DNA from: an uncultured Alphaproteobacteria bacterium
GTDB taxonomy: Bacteria > Electryoneota > RPQS01
Assembly: GCA_964530625.1 (NCBI GenBank)
Contig: CAZHAK010000002.1
Span: 106,756 to 170,755, forward strand
Direction of reading: 5' to 3'
Length of the DNA stretch: 64,000 nucleotides
Shown: positions 59,855 through 64,000 of the stretch, in pieces
Layout of the letters: each line of letters begins with the position of its first letter
How positions within the stretch are numbered: the first letter of the stretch is position 1
The notes under the pieces: model-generated
Told to the model about the DNA's origin: nothing
What the model saw: the letters and a program-made list of their open reading frames with translations, nothing else
Databases searched by the model: none
Position numbers and translations under genes: made by a program

Positions 59855-60715
59855 ATGCATGTATCCCTCGGTTCGCTTCGCGTTGACGTCATTGACGACG
59901 GCTTGTTCGAACTTCGACCCGAAACGTTTGTCAAAGTAACGAAAGGTCGAAACGCCGAGCTACTCGACAAAGGCCGGTTTCGCCCGCGGATTAAGGTTGG
60001 CTTCAACAGCCTGCTGATTCGCAGTGAAGGCACGACTGTGTTGGTTGATCCCGGTACAGGCGACAAAGAACGCATTGCGGAGCGACGCAGTTACAATTTA
60101 GATTGGCCGCGCAAAGTTCTTCCGAGATTGCGCGAGCTTGGCATCCGCCGGGAAGAAGTCAGCCACGTCGTTTTGACACACTTACATTGGGATCACGCCG
60201 GAGCTTGTACGACGATCGGTCACGGTGGGCAACTGGAACCGACTTTTCCGAACGCCCGTGTGATCATGCATTATCGAGAACTCGAAGGCGCGCGCAAGGC
60301 TTTGGCCGACAGAGATGACGGCTACTGCGCAGACGATTTCGAGCCTCTGGTCACTGCCCGAAAGTTAAATCTATTGGATAGCGACGACACAAGCATTTTC
60401 CCTTGGTTATCTTGCCATTGGAGCGGAGGGCATAGCCCGGGACATTTGGTGGTGCGGATCGGTTCACCTGAAGGGTCGCACGTCATGTATCCCGGCGATG
60501 TGCTGCCGACGACGTCTCAGTTATCTCTGGACAGCGGGATGTCCTATGATCAGAATCCTGCGGAACTCGTGAACGCGAAAAAGAAATTCTTGAGCCTTGC
60601 CGCAAATGAAGGGGATTTAGTCATCCTCGTTCACGCGCCTCGCAACCGTGCGGGGCATATCAAGATACTACCAGCGGGCGACTACAAGTTTGAACCCGTC
60701 GCTCTTGAAAAATAA
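59855..60715 (+). CDS. MBL-fold metallo-hydrolase
   Basis: HLHWDHAG motif. Confidence 0.7.
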   Translation: MHVSLGSLRVDVIDDGLFELRPETFVKVTKGRNAELLDKGRFRPRIKVGFNSLLIRSEGTTVLVDPGTGDKERIAERRSYNLDWPRKVLPRLRELGIRREEVSHVVLTHLHWDHAGACTTIGHGGQLEPTFPNARVIMHYRELEGARKALADRDDGYCADDFEPLVTARKLNLLDSDDTSIFPWLSCHWSGGHSPGHLVVRIGSPEGSHVMYPGDVLPTTSQLSLDSGMSYDQNPAELVNAKKKFLSLAANEGDLVILVHAPRNRAGHIKILPAGDYKFEPVALEK

Positions 60716-60742
60716 CATCATAAAATTGGGTTGTAATCAGTA

Positions 60743-61924
60743 ATGAATCCGAATACACCTGTCATTACCTCTGCCGCGCGTACCGCCATTGGCGCGTTTA
60801 TGGGCTCGTTTGCCTCCGTGCCAGCGACAGCGCTTGCCGCGCATGTCCTGAAGGCAAATTTAGATCGATCGCGAGTGGATCCGAAAGAAGTGGATGAAGT
60901 CATTTTGGGTCAGGTGCTGCAAGCCGGAGTGGGCCAAGCCCCCGCTCGGCAGGCAGCGCTCTTTGCCGGAATTCCGAACACATCATCCGCGTGGACGGTC
61001 AATAAAGTTTGCTCGTCAGGTTTGCGAGCGATCATGTCCGCGGCTCAGTCAATTTCACTCGGAGAAACCAAAGTCATGCTGGCCGGCGGCATGGAAAATA
61101 TGTCGCTTGCACCGTATGCTTTAGATCGTGCACGCGCGGGGTATCGCCTTGGCAATGGAATCATCACGGACTTGATGGTCAGCGATGGCCTTTGGGATCC
61201 ACACAACAACATCCATATGGGATCTTGCGCGGAAATGTGCGCCAAGGAATATAAGTTCACCCGCGAACAGCAGGATGAGTTTGCCGCTGAATCCTATCGT
61301 CACGCTATTGCCGCACAAAAGGAGGGCAAATTCAAAGACGAAATCGTTCCCGTGGTGATCAAGGGCCGCAAAGGCGAAGTCTCGGTGGATACCGATGAAG
61401 AGCCGGGCAACGTGAATTTTGAAAAGATGCCGCTGCTCAAGCCCGCCTTTGAAAAAGAAGGCACAATCACGGCGGCGAACGCCTCGAAAATAAACGACGG
61501 CGCGTCGGCGGTGATGGTGATGTCGTATGAAGAATCCCAACGCCGCGGTTTGAAACCGTTAGCCCGGATTGTGGGTCACTCAACGTTCAGTCACGCTCCT
61601 GAATGGTTCACGACAGCTCCCGCTCCTGCAGTGCAGAAACTTTTGCGCCGCATTGATTGGAAAGTGTCGGACGTTGATTTGTTTGAGCTGAACGAAGCAT
61701 TTTCAGTCGTCGGGTTATATAACACCAAAGAACTCGGCGTGCCGAGTAACAAGGTGAACGTCTGGGGTGGTGCGGTGGCGTTGGGCCATCCCATCGGCTC
61801 TTCAGGTTGCCGCATTGTTGTGACCCTTTTGCACGCGCTCAAAAATCGCGGCGGCAAACGTGGCGTCGTTGGAATCTGCAATGGCGGCGGCGAAGCCACA
61901 GCCATGGCAGTTGAAATGCTATAG
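60743..61924 (+). CDS. acetyl-CoA C-acetyltransferase (thiolase II)
   Basis: Active-site Cys (VNKVCSSG), C-terminal GGGEA. Confidence 0.9.
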   Translation: MNPNTPVITSAARTAIGAFMGSFASVPATALAAHVLKANLDRSRVDPKEVDEVILGQVLQAGVGQAPARQAALFAGIPNTSSAWTVNKVCSSGLRAIMSAAQSISLGETKVMLAGGMENMSLAPYALDRARAGYRLGNGIITDLMVSDGLWDPHNNIHMGSCAEMCAKEYKFTREQQDEFAAESYRHAIAAQKEGKFKDEIVPVVIKGRKGEVSVDTDEEPGNVNFEKMPLLKPAFEKEGTITAANASKINDGASAVMVMSYEESQRRGLKPLARIVGHSTFSHAPEWFTTAPAPAVQKLLRRIDWKVSDVDLFELNEAFSVVGLYNTKELGVPSNKVNVWGGAVALGHPIGSSGCRIVVTLLHALKNRGGKRGVVGICNGGGEATAMAVEML

Positions 61925-62002
61925 TCAACGTTTAATTTAGCCTGCCCGACCGGGGAATCGCGCGCGAGCGCGGCGCTTCGGCGGAATTGAAAAACAAATT
62001 TC

Positions 62003-62857
62003 ATGAGTATCTCCACATTAGCCGTCATTGGCGGCGGCACCATGGGCAACGGAATCGCCCACATCTGCGCACAAAAAGGCTGCACAGTTCATCTGATTGA
62101 AACATCCCAAGCTCTGCTCGATAAAGCGTTGGGAGTCGTGGATAATAACCTCGCGCGTCAGGTAACCAAAGGCACGCTGACCGAGCAGGAAAGGACGGAC
62201 ACACTGAGCCGCATCAAAGGCTCCTTGAATATTGAAGACGTCAAGAATGTCGACATCGTGATTGAAGCGATTGTCGAAAACGAAGCCGTCAAGAAAGAAT
62301 TGTTTCAGAAGATTGACGCGATGGCGAAGCCGGCAGCGATTCTCGCCTCGAACACCTCAACGATTTCAATAACACAAATCGCTGCGGCGACCAAGCGCGC
62401 AAACAAGTTCATTGGGATGCACTTCATGAACCCCGTGCCGGTCATGCAGTTGGTTGAAGTGATTCGCGGTCTGGCTACGGATGACGCGACGCACAAAGCG
62501 GTCGTTGAGTTTTCGCAAGCTCTCGGCAAGATACCGATCACGGTCAACGATTTCCCCGGTTTTGTCTCGAATCGCATTTTGATGCCGATGATAAACGAAG
62601 CGGTTTACTGTTTGATGGAAGGCGTCGGCGAAGCGGAAGCGATTGACGGAGTGATGAAACTCGGCATGAATCATCCGATGGGTCCGTTGGCTCTGGCTGA
62701 CCTGATTGGCTTAGACGTTTGTCTTGCCATCATGGAAGTTTTGCACCGCGATCTTGGTGATTCAAAATACCGTCCCTGTCCGCTCTTGAGAAAACACGTT
62801 GCGGCAGGATACTTAGGCCGCAAGTCAGGACGCGGATTTTACGATTACGCAAAGTAA
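62003..62857 (+). CDS. hbd: 3-hydroxybutyryl-CoA dehydrogenase
   Basis: Rossmann IGGGTMG, 3HCDH N+C domains. Confidence 0.85.
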   Translation: MSISTLAVIGGGTMGNGIAHICAQKGCTVHLIETSQALLDKALGVVDNNLARQVTKGTLTEQERTDTLSRIKGSLNIEDVKNVDIVIEAIVENEAVKKELFQKIDAMAKPAAILASNTSTISITQIAAATKRANKFIGMHFMNPVPVMQLVEVIRGLATDDATHKAVVEFSQALGKIPITVNDFPGFVSNRILMPMINEAVYCLMEGVGEAEAIDGVMKLGMNHPMGPLALADLIGLDVCLAIMEVLHRDLGDSKYRPCPLLRKHVAAGYLGRKSGRGFYDYAK

Positions 62858-62860
62858 GGA

Positions 62861-63193
62861 TTGACTGTCATGATTGTTACGACCACCCCGACTGTCGAAG
62901 GCCGCAAGGCGGAAGCTTATCTTGGCATTGTTGCCGGAGAAGCGATTGTTGGCGCGAATATATTCAAAGATATCTTTGCCGGAATCCGCGACATCGTCGG
63001 CGGCCGCAGCGAGGCCTACGAAAAGGAACTCCGCAAAGCTCGCGAGATCGCCATCCAGGAACTCGGCGAAAATGCCCAGAAGCTGGGCGCGAATGCTGTC
63101 GTCGGAGTTGACCTCGATTACGAAGTCATCGGTTCTGGCGGCTCGATGCTGATGGTCTCAGCCTCCGGCACCGCCGTCAAACTCTCCGTCTAA
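62861..63193 (+). CDS. YbjQ/DUF74 family protein
   Basis: 110 aa, MIVTTT...[13 protein letters not shown] pattern. Confidence 0.65.
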   Translation: MTVMIVTTTPTVEGRKAEAYLGIVAGEAIVGANIFKDIFAGIRDIVGGRSEAYEKELRKAREIAIQELGENAQKLGANAVVGVDLDYEVIGSGGSMLMVSASGTAVKLSV

Positions 63194-63241
63194 TTTTTCC
63201 AGGTATTATACCTCTTACCTCTAACCTCATACCTTATCGAT

Positions 63242-64000
63242 ATGGATCACCTCCTTTCCGAACAGCACCTCGAAGTAAAAAAAGCGATACGCGAATTTGC
63301 CGAAAAAGAGATTGCGCCGACAGTCGCGATTCGCGACGAGCATAGTGAATTTGCGACAGATATTATCAAGAAGATCGGCGAATTAGGGTTTATGGGGGTG
63401 AATACACCGGAAGAGTTGGGCGGCTCTGGCATGGATACGGTCACGTATGCCATTGTCATTGAAGAGCTGTCCCGCGTTGACCCGTCCGTCGGTGTTATTG
63501 TCTCCGTGAACAATTCGTTGGTCTGTTATCCGCTACAGAAATTCGGCAATGCGGATCAGCACAAACGTTATCTTAAGCCACTTGCTGAAGGCAAATTGCT
63601 TGGCGCATTCTGTCTGACCGAGCCGGGCGCGGGTTCCGATGTGTCGGGCCTGACGATGGCCGCGATTAAGGACGGAGATGATTATATTCTGACGGGTGAA
63701 AAAGCGTTTATCACCAACGGCCTGATGTCGGACACTTATATCGTCATGGCCCGCACGGACAAAGAAAACAGGACCAAGGGAATCAGCGCCTTCATTGTGG
63801 ATGCGACGATGCCCGGCTTCAAACGCGGCCCCAACGAAAAGAAAATGGGCATCCGCTCGTCGGATTGCTGCATGATAATTCTGGAAGAGTGCCGTGTTCC
63901 CAAGGCAAATTTGCTGGGCAAAGAAGGCGACGGCTTCAAAGTCGCGATGACGGCGCTCGACAGCGGTCGCATCGGAATAGCAGCTCAAGCGGTGGGTCTC
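63242..64000 (+). CDS. acyl-CoA dehydrogenase (butyryl-CoA dehydrogenase-like), 3'-truncated at window edge
   Basis: Not in ORF track (no stop before window end). Manual translation from ATG 63242 gives MDHLLSEQHLEVKKAIREFAEKEIAP... Confidence 0.8.
   Translation, partial: MDHLLSEQHLEVKKAIREFAEKEIAPTVAIRDEHSEFATDIIKKIGELGFMGVNTPEELGGSGMDTVTYAIVIEELSRVDPSVGVIVSVNNSLVCYPLQKFGNADQHKRYLKPLAEGKLLGAFCLTEPGAGSDVSGLTMAAIKDGDDYILTGEKAFITNGLMSDTYIVMARTDKENRTKGISAFIVDATMPGFKRGPNEKKMGIRSSDCCMIILEECRVPKANLLGKEGDGFKVAMTALDSGRIGIAAQAVGL

Overview
This is a 64 kb chromosomal, housekeeping-type segment of a moderately high-GC Gram-negative bacterium. Two secreted proteins carry type-A T9SS C-terminal sorting domains, which points to an FCB-group-like lineage; that placement is inference. 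Gene content, left to right:

- **1-2.3 kb:** a 5'-truncated alanine-racemase-family gene, then trxA and a TlpA-like lipoprotein.
- **2.4-9.9 kb, minus strand:** a translationally coupled trpE-G-D-C-F-B-A operon ending in a DAHP synthase (aroF). It is preceded by a 25-codon leader peptide with three Trp codons (W-V-W-R-W) and an intrinsic terminator 17 nt before trpE, i.e. a classical ribosome-mediated trp attenuator.
- **10-20 kb:** a CBM20-like T9SS cargo protein, two tandem L,D-transpeptidases with an Ala-rich lipoprotein, a TetR regulator with divergent targets, and a PNGase-F-like T9SS cargo protein.
- **20-31.7 kb:** hrcA-grpE-dnaJ, comEA, rsmD, a NUDIX hydrolase, a transporter, an aminotransferase, an FmdB zinc ribbon coupled to a degenerate FAD-domain protein, and citrate synthase.
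- **32-45.5 kb:** rmuC, a SprT-like protease, OsmC-DsbD-thioredoxin, a histone-H1-like KAAK-repeat protein, and a long minus-strand block (thymidine phosphorylase, glgC, phosphoglucomutase, GAF, PolX, PfpI, EamA, HAD).
- **46-48.9 kb:** an outer-membrane protein, a promoter-driven tRNA-Met(CAT) with long leader and trailer, and a COG1579 Zn-ribbon protein. Next is rnhA, followed 15 nt later by a type-A RNase P RNA (rnpB) whose P12 helix is expanded by heptamer tandem repeats, with an inverted related copy immediately 3' of the gene.
- **49-64 kb:** recJ, secreted hypotheticals, a DUF4097 protein, and a leucine/short-chain acyl-CoA catabolic cluster (MCC-beta, hydratase, split BC/BCCP, ACADs, thiolase, hbd) that lacks a recognisable HMG-CoA lyase.

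No CRISPR array, rRNA, transposase, integrase or other mobile element was seen. All coordinates, motif calls and family assignments come from reading the sequence and ORF track by eye; no homology searches or RNA folds were run.
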